From: Thermoplasmata archaeon
Lineage (GTDB): Archaea > Thermoplasmatota > Thermoplasmata > Lutacidiplasmatales > UBA184
Direction: 5' to 3'
NCBI GenBank assembly: GCA_035532555.1
Contig: DATKQS010000006.1
Coordinates: 9,380-73,379, forward strand
Length of the DNA: 64,000 bases
Below the pieces are notes generated by a model. The model made no database searches and was not told where the DNA came from. It was given only the letters and a program-made list of their open reading frames with translations. The position numbers and the translations under genes are program-made. Each line of letters opens with the position of its first letter. Positions within the stretch are counted from its first letter, which is position 1. Below, piece after piece: positions 49,180-58,793 of the stretch.

Positions 49180-49503
49180 ATGCCCGTCTGCCTGCATTGC
49201 GGGACGCTCGCCGACGAAGGCGCGCTGTTCTGCACGAAGTGCGGCTGGACCATGCCGCAGGAGGAACGTTTGGTGGGGGGAATGACCGGCCCACGCCTAG
49301 CCCCCCAGGTTCCACCGTCGTCCCCGCCCCCGGCCCCCCGGTTCGTTCCGATGCCGATGCCTTCCTCGCCGGTTCCCACGCTCCCTCCGGTGTGGGCCGC
49401 CGGACCGACCGCGACCACCTCTCCCGGCAAGCTGTGCATCCATTGCCAGACCCGGATCTCGCCGGCTGCGGTCTACTGTCCCGTATGCCAGAGCCCGCAG
49501 TGA
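49180..49503 (+). CDS. Double zinc-ribbon protein with a Pro-rich linker
   Basis: CLHCG...FCTKCG and CIHC...YCPVC. Confidence 0.75.
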   Translation: MPVCLHCGTLADEGALFCTKCGWTMPQEERLVGGMTGPRLAPQVPPSSPPPAPRFVPMPMPSSPVPTLPPVWAAGPTATTSPGKLCIHCQTRISPAAVYCPVCQSPQ

Positions 49504-49958
49504 CCGTCCGTCGCGCCGGCCGCAGGGGACGCCGGACCGGCGCGATGGTGCGCATCGCCCAGGAGCGCGTGCGAGACCTCTTCGGCCTCGCCGAGCGCGA
49601 GGCCCTCACGGGACACCCGGAACTGAGCGATCGGTACGTCCATCTGGCCCGCCAGGTCGGGGCCCGGTACAACGTTCGCCTCCTCCCCGAGCAACGAGAG
49701 CTGTACTGCCGCGGTTGTTCGGCCTACTGGATCGAAGGTCGCACGGTGCGTACCCGGCTCCGATCCGGTCGACGAGTCCGTACCTGCCTGCGCTGCGGCC
49801 GGGAACGGCGGATCCGGATACGCGCCCCGCGGACCCCGACGTCTCGGGCGGCGGATGGCGCCCCTCCGGGAACGATGCGCGAGCAGGGGGCCGAGGTCGC
49901 CCTCCTCGACACGGCGGAAGAAAGCGAATCCCTGGAAGAGGAGTCGGAACAAGAATAA
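49500..49958 (+). CDS. rnp4: Ribonuclease P protein subunit Rpp21
   Basis: IAQERV..LF..A, RYV.LA, YCRGC...TCLRCG..RR; GTGA overlap (start could be the later ATG). Confidence 0.88.
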   Translation: MTVRRAGRRGRRTGAMVRIAQERVRDLFGLAEREALTGHPELSDRYVHLARQVGARYNVRLLPEQRELYCRGCSAYWIEGRTVRTRLRSGRRVRTCLRCGRERRIRIRAPRTPTSRAADGAPPGTMREQGAEVALLDTAEESESLEEESEQE

Positions 49959-49985
49959 GCCCCGAGCGCTGGTCTCCCAGCAGCT

Positions 49986-50068
49986 GCCGGGGTAGCCGAG
50001 CGGCCAAAGGCGGCAGACTCAAGATCTGCTCTCGTAGGAGTACCCAGGTTCAAATCCTGGCCCCGGCA
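49986..50068 (+). tRNA. tRNA-Leu(CAA)
   Basis: Acceptor GCCGGGG/CCCCGGC, anticodon arm GCAGA-CTCAAGA-TCTGC, long variable arm, T arm CCAGG-TTCAAAT-CCTGG. Confidence 0.97.
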
Positions 50069-50217
50069 TCGCTCCGAGCCGTCTTGGACGGCGGCGCGGA
50101 GATCGCCTTCCTCGGGGGTTCATCCGGATCGGCGGCGGCGCCGGTCTCAACGAGGTCGAATCGACTCGGATCCCGGCGAGCGCCGGGAGGGTCGGACGCT
50201 AGGGGAGCGCCGCGGAA

Positions 50218-50484
50218 ATGATCTTCGCGCCCACGGTAACGAGCGGGTTCCTCCGCCGGGTGGCCGGAACTCCCCTCGCTCCGTACGGCACGGCGCTCGC
50301 CCCGCGCATCACCACCGGCTCCTTCGCCTATGCCGCGTTGCTCCTCCCCTCGGTCGCCCTGCGCGTCGCGTTCTCTCCGATCGCGGATGTGAGCCTCTTC
50401 CAAGGAATCCACCCGATCGTCGGCTCCCTGGCCGGTGCGGTGCTGTGCGCGTGGCTCCTGCGGTCGGATCCGGACGCTGCCTAA
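50218..50484 (+). CDS. Possible small membrane protein or gene remnant
   Basis: Two hydrophobic segments; fills the gap; no recognised domain. Confidence 0.35.
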   Translation: MIFAPTVTSGFLRRVAGTPLAPYGTALAPRITTGSFAYAALLLPSVALRVAFSPIADVSLFQGIHPIVGSLAGAVLCAWLLRSDPDAA

Positions 50485-51539
50485 GTGACTACGGGCATGG
50501 CGAACGTCGGCACGTAATCGTCGGGCGGTCGGCCGACAATCGGGATCTGCTCCCCGCAGGCGCGGCACCGATTCTCCGCGTCGAGGTTCCAGCTCTTGAT
50601 CATGAACCCGTACCGCTCCACGGCGATAGCGTGGCAGCGGGGGCAATAGGTGTGTTCGAGAGGGTGTCCCCAGAGGTTGCCGAGGTACACGTAGCGCAGC
50701 CCTTCCTCCACCGCGACGGCGTGCAACGCCTCCAATGTCGCCACGGGAGTGCTGGGGATGTCCATCATCTTGTAGTCGGGGTGGAAGCGCAACAGATGGA
50801 ACGGCGTGTCGGGTCCGACCCGGTCACGGACCTCGCGGGCGAGCCGCCGCAGCGCTTCGGGAGAGTCGCCCACGCGGGGCACGATGAGGTTGGTCACCTC
50901 GACGTGGATCCCGTGACGCGCGAGGCCCTCCATCGTCTCCAGGATCGGTTCGTCGCCCTTCGCGGCGACGTACTTGCGCATGAATCCGGCCTCCCCACTG
51001 GCCTTGAAGTCGACGCTCACCGCGTCCAGGTGGGGCCCGATCGCACGTACGGCCTCGGGAGACATGTACCCGTTCGTGACGAAGTTCGCGAACAGGCCGG
51101 CCTGCCGAGCCTCGCGTACGATGTCGAGTGCGTACTCGATGAAGATCGTGGGCTCGTTGTACGTGAACGTGATCCCTCGGCAGTCGAAGCGCTCGGCGAG
51201 CTTGACCGCCTCACGCGGGGAGAGTCCGCGACCGACGATGTCGCGCTCCTGAGAGATCTCGGCGTTCTGGCAGTACTGGCAGCGCCAGTTGCAGCCGGCG
51301 GTTCCGATCCCCAGGACCCGAGTGCCGGGCCGGTAGTGCGATAGCGGCTTCTTCTCGATGGGATCGACCTGGATCGCCGCGGCCCGCCCGTACGAGAGGA
51401 GGACGAGGCGACCCGCCTCGTTCTTGCGGACGAAACAGAACCCGTGCGATCCTTCGGGAATCACGCAGTAGCGCGCGCACGCCGTGCAGCGGACCTTGCG
51501 GTCCGGCAGCGGTTCGAAGAGCGTGGCGAGATGAGCCAT
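50481..51539 (-). CDS. AmmeMemoRadiSam-system radical SAM enzyme (PflA-like)
   Basis: CTACARYC...GFCFVR, DPIEKKPL, GCNWRCQYCQN, FTYNEP, TYCPRC. Confidence 0.92.
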   Translation of the reverse strand: MAHLATLFEPLPDRKVRCTACARYCVIPEGSHGFCFVRKNEAGRLVLLSYGRAAAIQVDPIEKKPLSHYRPGTRVLGIGTAGCNWRCQYCQNAEISQERDIVGRGLSPREAVKLAERFDCRGITFTYNEPTIFIEYALDIVREARQAGLFANFVTNGYMSPEAVRAIGPHLDAVSVDFKASGEAGFMRKYVAAKGDEPILETMEGLARHGIHVEVTNLIVPRVGDSPEALRRLAREVRDRVGPDTPFHLLRFHPDYKMMDIPSTPVATLEALHAVAVEEGLRYVYLGNLWGHPLEHTYCPRCHAIAVERYGFMIKSWNLDAENRCRACGEQIPIVGRPPDDYVPTFAMPVVT

Positions 51540-51644
51540 CGACCGGGGACCCCGTGATGATATCGCCCCGCGCGCCGATAACGGTACCCCGCTCCGGCCC
51601 CGTGCGACCAAGCTTTCAAGTGCGCGGAGGCTCCCCTGTCTGCC

Positions 51645-53057
51645 ATGCCCGCCGGTCGGTCCCGAGAGAGTCCCGCGGCGGCGGCGCAGCGGATCGAAAC
51701 TCGCGTCCGGGAGCGGATCACCCCCTCTCCGGAGGAGCTCGCCCGCGTCGCTCGCGTGCGGGCCGATCTCGTCCGCGCCGTCCAGCTCGCGGCCGAGGCC
51801 CGGAAGAGCCCGCTCGCGCGGGCCCTGGTCGCGGGGAGCGCCGCGCGGGGGACGTTCTTGCGGGACCGGCTGGACATCGACTTCTTCCTCCTCTTCCCGC
51901 CCGAGCTCCCACGGGCCCAACTCGAGACCGAGGGTCTCGCGCTGGCCGAGGCGATCCTCACGAAGCCCGAACGCAAGTACGCCGAGCACCCGTACCTCCG
52001 GGGAACGTTCCAGGGATACACCGTCGACGTGGTCCCCGGCTACGCCATCTCGGATCCGTCGAAACCGCTCACGGCGGTCGACCGGACGCCGTTCCACGAC
52101 GAGCACCTCCGGGCCCACCAGACGCCGGCCAACGTCTCGGAGGTCCGGCTCGCGAAGCTGTTCCTGCGCTCGCTCGGGATCTACGGCTCGGAGGCCCGGA
52201 CCGAGGGGTTCTCCGGCTACTTGGTCGAGCTCGTCATCCTCCAGTTCGGGACGCTGCACGCGCTCCTCGAGGCCGCCCGAAGCTGGCGCCTCCCGGTCCG
52301 CCTGTGCCCGCCGGGGAAGGAACCTCCGCGGCTTCCCCCGGACGTCGCGCTCATCCTCCCGGATGCGGTCGATCCGAACCGGAACGTCGCGAGCGCGCTC
52401 TCGCCGCGCAACCTCGCGCTGTTCATTCTAGGGGCGGCCGCGTACCTGGAGCACCCCTTGGAAGAGTGGTTCGAACTGCCGAAGCCGCGCCACCTCTCCC
52501 GTGCCGATGCTCTCGAACGCGTCACCCGACGGGCGACGCACGTATCGGTGGTGGAAGTGCCCCGCCCGGCGCTCGTGGATGATACGCTGTATCCCCAGCT
52601 GCGCAAGGCGGAACGCGCGATCGCCGAGGAAGCGGCCCGCGCCGGGTTCGAGGTCGTCGGTTCCGCATGCGCGGCCGGTCCGGCCGCGCTCCTCGTGCTG
52701 GTCGAAGTGGCGCACGGGCGGCTCAGCGCGGTCCGAGTGCAGGATGGGCCCCCGGCGGGTCTCGACCGGGTCGGCTCCTTCCTCGAGAAGTGGACCGCTC
52801 CGGGCGCCCCCGTTTCTCAAGGGCCCTACGTCCGCGAGGACGGCCGTCTCGGCATTGAGGTCCGGCGCAGCGAGCGCGACCTCGAGGTCGTGCTCGCCGC
52901 GGCGATCCCTCGGCTCTCGCTCGGCAAGGACATCAGCCCAGCGGCGGCCGAACGCACCCAGGTCCGCCGACTCGCCGATCATCCCGAGAGTCCCGAGCTC
53001 GATGGGGCCCTGGTCGACCTTCTGGGAAAGCGCCTACCCTGGCTCGGCCCGCGCTAG
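51645..53057 (+). CDS. cca: Archaeal (class I) CCA-adding enzyme
   Basis: GSAARGTFL...DIDFF, YAEHPY, DVVP, AVDRTPFH, GFSGYLVEL, RNVASA. Confidence 0.95.
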   Translation: MPAGRSRESPAAAAQRIETRVRERITPSPEELARVARVRADLVRAVQLAAEARKSPLARALVAGSAARGTFLRDRLDIDFFLLFPPELPRAQLETEGLALAEAILTKPERKYAEHPYLRGTFQGYTVDVVPGYAISDPSKPLTAVDRTPFHDEHLRAHQTPANVSEVRLAKLFLRSLGIYGSEARTEGFSGYLVELVILQFGTLHALLEAARSWRLPVRLCPPGKEPPRLPPDVALILPDAVDPNRNVASALSPRNLALFILGAAAYLEHPLEEWFELPKPRHLSRADALERVTRRATHVSVVEVPRPALVDDTLYPQLRKAERAIAEEAARAGFEVVGSACAAGPAALLVLVEVAHGRLSAVRVQDGPPAGLDRVGSFLEKWTAPGAPVSQGPYVREDGRLGIEVRRSERDLEVVLAAAIPRLSLGKDISPAAAERTQVRRLADHPESPELDGALVDLLGKRLPWLGPR

Positions 53058-53419
53058 AACACGCGGATGGTGTCCATCAGCAAGAACCAGGTCGCGAGCC
53101 ATCCAAAGAAGACGACCGCGTAGAGCGTGGCCCACTCGCCCTTGGTGTAGATGCGCGCGCGCGGGTGGAGCATCGTGACCAGCGAGTACAGGACGATGAG
53201 GACGATCAGGGCGATGACCGGCGGGAGCTCCCACGGCAGCGACGCGGTATCGATCGCCCAGGAGATGCCCCCGAGCAGGACGGCGACCCCGCCGGCGATG
53301 AGCATCCCGCGGGTGATCTCGTACTCGTGGTTCAAGAACGCGCGATCGTCGAACACCGGGAACTCGAACGGAGGCTCCTCGTCCACCGCGCCGGGCTTCC
53401 CGCGGACCTTCTTCGCCAT
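53054..53419 (-). CDS. Three-TM conserved hypothetical membrane protein
   Basis: FEFPVFDDRAFL N-terminus plus three hydrophobic helices; operonic with lipA. Confidence 0.75.
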   Translation of the reverse strand: MAKKVRGKPGAVDEEPPFEFPVFDDRAFLNHEYEITRGMLIAGGVAVLLGGISWAIDTASLPWELPPVIALIVLIVLYSLVTMLHPRARIYTKGEWATLYAVVFFGWLATWFLLMDTIRVF

Positions 53420-53422
53420 GGC

Positions 53423-54343
53423 TCACGCCCCCCGCCGTGCGAACGCGCGCCGGTATAGCTCTTCCGCATGGTAGGAACTTCGCACGAGCGGGCCCGCCTC
53501 GACTCCCGCGAAGCCGTTTTCGAGCCCCCGGGTCCGGTACCGATCGAACTCCTCGGGAGGAACGTACCGGGCCACCGCGACGTGCTCCGGTCCCGGTCGG
53601 AGGTACTGCCCCAGCGTCAGCAGATCGACCTCCGCGGCTCGCAGATCGCGCATCGTCCGCACGAGCGCGTCCTCGCTCTCTCCGAGCCCCAGCATGATCG
53701 AGCTCTTGGTCACCAGACCGGGGGACCCGATCGCCCGGGCGCGCCGGAGGACCTCGAGCGAACGCTCGTAGCTGGCGCGGGGATCGCGGACGGAGCGAGA
53801 GAGCTCCCGGACGGTCTCGATGTTGTGCGCGAGGACGTCCGGGGGATGTTCGAAGAGCTTCGCGAGCGATTCCTCTCGTCCGGCGAGGTCGCCGATGAGG
53901 AGCTCGACCCGGGCGGAGGGAGCTCGTTGTCGGATCTGGCGGACGGTATCGGACAGCACCTCGGCACCTCCGTCCTCGAGGTCGTCCCGGCAGACCTGGG
54001 TCAGCACGACATAGCGCAGCCCGGCGCGCTCGACGGCTTCGGCCACGCGCGCGGGTTCGGTCCGGTCGACCACGCCGCGGGGCCAGTGGGTCGTGACCGC
54101 ACAGAAGCCGCAGCGTCGCGTGCAGTCCGTCCCGAGCAGCATCAGCGTGGCCGTTCCGGCCGACCAGCACTCCGAGAGGTTGGGGCACCTCGCTTCCCGG
54201 CAGACGGTTCCGAGCCGGAGCTCCTCCAGCGTGGAGCGCAACTTCCCATACAGCGCGCCCTGAGGCGGGCGAGTGCGGATCCACCTCGGCAGTCGAGGCT
54301 CGGGACCCGCTCCCGAAGATGCCGGTGACGCGGGGGAGGACAC
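53423..54343 (-). CDS. lipA: Lipoyl synthase
   Basis: TVCREARCPNLSECW, CTRRCGFC, HNIETV, TKSSIMLGLGE, GQYLRP, GPLVRSSYHA. Confidence 0.96.
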   Translation of the reverse strand: MSSPASPASSGAGPEPRLPRWIRTRPPQGALYGKLRSTLEELRLGTVCREARCPNLSECWSAGTATLMLLGTDCTRRCGFCAVTTHWPRGVVDRTEPARVAEAVERAGLRYVVLTQVCRDDLEDGGAEVLSDTVRQIRQRAPSARVELLIGDLAGREESLAKLFEHPPDVLAHNIETVRELSRSVRDPRASYERSLEVLRRARAIGSPGLVTKSSIMLGLGESEDALVRTMRDLRAAEVDLLTLGQYLRPGPEHVAVARYVPPEEFDRYRTRGLENGFAGVEAGPLVRSSYHAEELYRRAFARRGA

Positions 54344-54368
54344 GACCCGTCGAACCGAGATATCGGGT

Positions 54369-55517
54369 TTAGGCTTTGCGAGCCCGGCCGTGGCCGAGCC
54401 GCTCTTCGATCAGCGTCCCGAGATAGCTCGCGGGGAGCTCGTCCATCGCGACGCTTGAGGACGCTCCGGACGGGCCCGTATCGAGCGCGACGAGGCCGTC
54501 GCGCTCGAGCTCCTTGAGCGTGCGCCAGAACGTCGTTCGGCTGATCGGCTTTTCGGCGAATTCCTCCAACAGCGCGGAGTGAGCGGTCCGCAGCTTCTGG
54601 CTGGGCACCGAGGACCCCTTGCCCTTCAGGGTACGCGTGAGGGCGAGCAGCACCGTGAGCGCATTGACCGAGAGGCCCTCGAGTTGCGTCTCCGTGACCG
54701 TCGAATAGATCGATCCTTTCGCGGCGCGGATGTCCTCCGCGGAGATCGCCCGGTGTCCGGCCTCTTCGGCCACATGGGCGGCGCTCCCGAGGACCTCGAT
54801 CGCGAAGCGAGCGTCCCCGTTGGGCGCCGCGATCCGCGCGATCTGCTCCAGTGTTTCGTGGGTGTAGCTCGCCGGAGCGAGCGCGACCTCGGCGCGCGCC
54901 TCGAGGATGTCCGTCAGCGCGGCCCGGTCGTACGGAGGGAGCGCCATGCGGTGCGTGACCCCGAAGCTCGACCGGCTCGCCGGGTCGAGGTACGGGAGCA
55001 GGTCCTCCGTCGCGATCAGGAGCAGCGAGATCGACCCGAGGCCGACCTCTCCGGAGCGGGAGAGGAGGTAGACGAGCTTCGTCTCCTGCCGGACGAGCGC
55101 GCTCGCCTCGTCCAGGATGACGAGGTGGTGCCGGGGATGGCGGCGGATCCCCTGCTCGAAGACGTCGAGCATCTCCGGCAGACCGTACCCTCGATCGGGT
55201 AGGGAGACATCGACCGCGCGCAACAGATCGAGCACGATCGTCCGATCGCTGGCGCGTCGCCAGGCGTTGATGTAGATCGCCTTGACCGGAGCGGGACCGA
55301 TGCGGCCGAGTCGTTCGAGATCCGCCGCGAGTCGCTTGGCGAGGGCGGTCTTGCCGCTCCCGACGCCCCCGGTCAGCAGGAGGTGGAACGGAACTCCCTT
55401 GGAAAGCGCCTCCCGGTACCGGCGGGTGAGCAGCGCGAGCTCGGCAGTGCGATGGGGCAGCTTCGGCGGAAGGAATGTCGGTTCGAGGGTCTCCTCCCGA
55501 ACGAGGATCGCACCCAC
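54369..55517 (-). CDS. Orc1/Cdc6 family AAA+ ATPase
   Basis: PPKLPHR, GGVGSGKT, ILDE, PPY...L.DIL..R, GDARFAI, C-terminal winged helix. Confidence 0.9.
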   Translation of the reverse strand: MGAILVREETLEPTFLPPKLPHRTAELALLTRRYREALSKGVPFHLLLTGGVGSGKTALAKRLAADLERLGRIGPAPVKAIYINAWRRASDRTIVLDLLRAVDVSLPDRGYGLPEMLDVFEQGIRRHPRHHLVILDEASALVRQETKLVYLLSRSGEVGLGSISLLLIATEDLLPYLDPASRSSFGVTHRMALPPYDRAALTDILEARAEVALAPASYTHETLEQIARIAAPNGDARFAIEVLGSAAHVAEEAGHRAISAEDIRAAKGSIYSTVTETQLEGLSVNALTVLLALTRTLKGKGSSVPSQKLRTAHSALLEEFAEKPISRTTFWRTLKELERDGLVALDTGPSGASSSVAMDELPASYLGTLIEERLGHGRARKA

Positions 55518-55559
55518 GTCTTCCTCCCTGGTGAGGGGCGAGGCATCTTGGGTAGGATA

Positions 55560-56198
55560 TCACCTTCGACGCCGCGGCCGGGTCCGGCTCCGAGCCGCGA
55601 GCTTGTTTCGGATCGACCTCGCGGCCGCGTCGGCGACCTCCCGAGCCGTGTTCCGCGCATCGACCACGAGCCAGCCATTCCGACGGGCGAATCGCCGGTA
55701 GGCACGCGCGACGCGCTCCTGGGTCCGCCGCCGCTCGAGCGGGCTCTTCGCCGAGGCGCGGGATCCGACGCGACGCATCGCCTCGGTCGGATCGAGGTCG
55801 ATCAGAATCACCTGGTCGGGCTCTACGGTGGCGTGGGCCTGGAGCCCGGCCAGCTTCCGCTGCCGCTCGGGAGCGAGCGCGCTCCCCTGGTAGGCGAGGG
55901 TCGACCAGTAGGAGCGGTCGGTGAGCACGACGGACGCCGCGCGAAGATCGCGTTCGAGATCCGCGCGGGCGAGGTAGCGGTCGAGCGTGAAGTACACCGC
56001 GCCGGTCCACGGATCCTGTACGCTCGCGGCCTGAGCCTTCCGATTGAGTTCGGCGGATGCGGGCTCCCTGCGGGTCAGCACGCGCAGTCCCTCTCGGCGG
56101 AGGCGCGAGGCCACGCGGCGAACGGCCGTGGACTTCCCGGCTCCGTCGATTCCCTCGAAGGCGACGTACCACGCTCGGCGCGGGGCGTTGCCCTTCAT
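55560..56198 (-). CDS. tmk: Thymidylate kinase
   Basis: FEGIDGAGKST, REP, TDRSYWSTLAYQG. Confidence 0.95.
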   Translation of the reverse strand: MKGNAPRRAWYVAFEGIDGAGKSTAVRRVASRLRREGLRVLTRREPASAELNRKAQAASVQDPWTGAVYFTLDRYLARADLERDLRAASVVLTDRSYWSTLAYQGSALAPERQRKLAGLQAHATVEPDQVILIDLDPTEAMRRVGSRASAKSPLERRRTQERVARAYRRFARRNGWLVVDARNTAREVADAAARSIRNKLAARSRTRPRRRR

Positions 56199-57067
56199 GG
56201 AGAGGCCCCCTTCCCGATCTCGGGGGCCCAACCGTACACCTGCCGGATCGAGTCGACGAACGGGATACGCAGTTGCTCTGCGGCAGTGGTCGAGCGCTCC
56301 GCGATGGCGCGCGCCCTCCTCGGCACTGTTGCGAGATCGAGCACGGCACCGGGGCGAGCGGGGTCGTCCAGGAAGTCGGTCTCGAGGAACCAAGGGCCGG
56401 GGTCCGCGAGGGCCCGATCGACCAGCTCGCGCCGCGCGAGGAAGGACGGGGCGACTCCGGCCCGATCCGGCTCGGCGACGTAGCGGCGGGCGTAGTGCTT
56501 GATCAAACGATGCGCGGGAAGGCCGGCGGCTCGGCCGAGCGCGGCGATCGCGCGGTACCCGTTCGCGTCAAGATCCTCGCAGTGGATCACCGCCGGACAG
56601 TCGGAGTCCCGGGCGACCTCGAGGGCGTGACGGAACGCCTCTTCGCACGCCGCGCGCGTGGCCGCATCGACCTCGAAGTGAGGACGTCCGACCTCTCCGA
56701 TGGCCACCGCGCGGTGCTCGCGGACCCACCGTCCCGCGAGATCGAGCGCGGCCCGTTGCAGATCGAGAGCGGCCGGTAGGCCGATCGACGAGGAAACGTG
56801 AACAAGATCGATCGGGTACGGCGCGACCACGGAGTAGACCACCACCCCGACCTCGTCGTGGATCTGGCGTCCGAGGCGCTCCGTGACCTCGAACTGTTGA
56901 GCGTAGTCCGCGACCGAGCTCGGGGGCCGGCCGGCGTAGTTCTGCGTGGCAAGGAAGAGGTGAGTGCCGCCGGCGGAGTGGAAGCGGCGTGCGGCCGCAA
57001 CGCCTTCCCCGGTCGGCGACAGATGACAGTGGTGATCGACGACCGGAAGGTCGGAAGGGAACGGCAC
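56195..57067 (-). CDS. TatD-related metal-dependent hydrolase (archaeal type)
   Basis: DHHCH, IGEVGRPH, IHCE, IKHY, ETDFLDDP.RPGAVL. Confidence 0.88.
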   Translation of the reverse strand: MPFPSDLPVVDHHCHLSPTGEGVAAARRFHSAGGTHLFLATQNYAGRPPSSVADYAQQFEVTERLGRQIHDEVGVVVYSVVAPYPIDLVHVSSSIGLPAALDLQRAALDLAGRWVREHRAVAIGEVGRPHFEVDAATRAACEEAFRHALEVARDSDCPAVIHCEDLDANGYRAIAALGRAAGLPAHRLIKHYARRYVAEPDRAGVAPSFLARRELVDRALADPGPWFLETDFLDDPARPGAVLDLATVPRRARAIAERSTTAAEQLRIPFVDSIRQVYGWAPEIGKGASP

Positions 57068-57096
57068 GGCGTCCGTCCCGGGGCCCGGAGCGCCTC

Positions 57097-57645
57097 CTAG
57101 CGCAGGAGGCCGGCGCCCTGGAGCTCCTTGGTGATCTTCTTGACCGCGACCTCGACATCGGAGGGTTTGCGCGCCCCCGTGCAGACCAGCTTGCCGCTTC
57201 CGAAGAGGAGCACGACGACGCGCGGGTCCTGGATCCGGCAGACCAACCCGGGGAACTGCTCGGGCTCGTACTCGACTCGGTCGAGACCGAGAGTGACGGC
57301 GATCGCGTTGAGGTTGATCTCGCTTTCCAGATCAGAGCTCGCGACGATGTTCTGGACGGCGATCTTGGGCTTCAAGATGATCTTCTGTCCGCCCTTCTTG
57401 ATCTGCGCGGCCACGGTGTGGATCGAGTCCTCGACCTCCTTCATGCTCTTCGCGCCGGTGCAGACGACCTTCCCGGAGCGGAACAATAGGATCGCCGTCT
57501 TCGGCTTCTTGAGCCGGTAGATCAGGCCCGGAAACTGCTCCGGCTCGTACTCCGCGCCGTCCAGGCCGAGGGCGATCGACTGAAGATCGAGCTCATCACC
57601 CAACGAGGTCGATGCGACCACGTTCTCGATACGAATCTTGACCAT
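57097..57645 (-). CDS. tbp: TATA-box-binding protein
   Basis: Two repeats: ENVVAS/QNIVAS, YEPEQFPGL, LFRSGKVVCTGAK/LFGSGKLVCTGAR. Confidence 0.98.
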   Translation of the reverse strand: MVKIRIENVVASTSLGDELDLQSIALGLDGAEYEPEQFPGLIYRLKKPKTAILLFRSGKVVCTGAKSMKEVEDSIHTVAAQIKKGGQKIILKPKIAVQNIVASSDLESEINLNAIAVTLGLDRVEYEPEQFPGLVCRIQDPRVVVLLFGSGKLVCTGARKPSDVEVAVKKITKELQGAGLLR

Positions 57646-57661
57646 GGTTTCGAGGTTGAAG

Positions 57662-57691
57662 TATTTAGGCCGTTATTTAAATGTATTTAAA
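57662..57691 (-). promoter_or_regulatory. Three tandem TATA-like boxes upstream of tbp
   Basis: Minus strand TTTAAATA-CA-TTTAAATA-ACGGC-CTAAATA; TATTTA on + at 57662, 57674 and 57684. Confidence 0.7.
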
Positions 57692-57718
57692 GCGCCTGCC
57701 GCGCCTGGGGGTCCAGCG

Positions 57719-57882
57719 CTATTCCCCGACGGGCAGGTCGAACGTGCCCCACCGGCCGCGCCCGGAGCATCTCATGTACCGCTTCGAGTCCAGCTGTACT
57801 GCACTCGGGGAAGCGCCCACGAAGAAGTCGTAGTCGAATTTTGTCCTTCGCATCGCCGGCAGGTCAAGGGAAACTCTTGCAT
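57719..57882 (-). pseudogene. Frameshifted small zinc-ribbon gene
   Basis: MQEFPLTCRRCEG, then after a frameshift at CAAAA: FDYDFFVGASPSAVQLDSKRYMRCSGRGRWGTFDL; second CxxC degraded. Confidence 0.5.
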
Positions 57883-57908
57883 GGTGAAGAGCGGTGCTCT
57901 CGAGGTGC

Positions 57909-58574
57909 TTACCCCGTTCGGCGGGCTCGGTTCAAGTCGGGAACGCTGGACGACTCGCGGACGGCACGATTGTCCTCGGGATCGTCCGGGTATCCGAAGA
58001 ACTTGAGCAAGAGCCGGCGGGTGAAGCCCCAGAGAACGTGATCTGCGTACATCACCGCGGGAACCTCCATCGTCCCGCGGTCGGTGGGTCGCGGCACACG
58101 CTCCGATCGCTCCAGGGCGGAGCGGGGGAGCCAAAAGATGCTCGCGACCTCCGTCGGGCTGTGCGCCGTCGGGCCGGGGGCCGGGTCGCCGAGCTCGGCG
58201 GCGAAGACGGCAACATCCATGGAGAAGGCCCGCGCGGGCTCGATCCCCACGAATCGTGGGGCCGAACGGAGGTCCCCGGGCCGGAGACCGACCTCTTCCG
58301 CGCATTCCCGCAAGGCGGTCTCGGCGAGCGAACGATCGCCCTCTTGCACGTGGCCTCCAGGGAGCGCGATCTGACCGGAGGCCCGATCGTTGGAGCGGAT
58401 CGCGCGCTCGATGAGGAGGGTCTCGATGTCGCGAGCGCCCTCGCGCAGGATGATCAATACGGCCGCTCCCGCAAGGTTCGTGGGTAGAGCCGTGGGAGCG
58501 AAGCGTTGGAGCAGGGCGGGGATGCGGTCGCCCGGAGGCTTGGAGTGTGGTTCTTTTCCGCCGGTCGCGCTCAC
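57909..58574 (-). CDS. Nudix hydrolase (CoA pyrophosphatase-like)
   Basis: AAVLI, SGQIALPGG...ETALRECAEEVG Nudix box, LWGFT. Confidence 0.92.
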   Translation of the reverse strand: MSATGGKEPHSKPPGDRIPALLQRFAPTALPTNLAGAAVLIILREGARDIETLLIERAIRSNDRASGQIALPGGHVQEGDRSLAETALRECAEEVGLRPGDLRSAPRFVGIEPARAFSMDVAVFAAELGDPAPGPTAHSPTEVASIFWLPRSALERSERVPRPTDRGTMEVPAVMYADHVLWGFTRRLLLKFFGYPDDPEDNRAVRESSSVPDLNRARRTG

Positions 58575-58744
58575 GCTTGCCAGTCGTACGTGACCTTGGA
58601 CCGGACGACCTTCTGGTCGACCGGGTGCTCCCCGCGCTCGGCCGCGGATCGTTCGAGATCCACGATGCGGTCCTTGAGCGCTTGGATCTCGCGCTCCATT
58701 GCGCGCAGGCGAGCCTCCACTTCGGGGGGAACGGGATTCGCCAT
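58571..58744 (-). CDS. 57-aa coiled-coil protein (below the ORF-track cutoff)
   Basis: MANPVPPEVEARLRAMEREIQALKDRIVDLERSAAEREHPVDQKVVRSKVTYDWQA; stop overlaps the Nudix GTG; TTAAG box upstream. Confidence 0.7.
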   Translation of the reverse strand: MANPVPPEVEARLRAMEREIQALKDRIVDLERSAAERGEHPVDQKVVRSKVTYDWQA

Positions 58745-58793
58745 CGGTGCTGGTCCTCTGGAGGGCGGACGGGGCCTTAACCTCGGCCCCCCC

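Noticed and set aside
54340..55560. Replication origin beside orc1/cdc6
   Set aside because: Flanking intergenic gaps are under 50 nt, with no ORB repeats or AT-rich unwinding element
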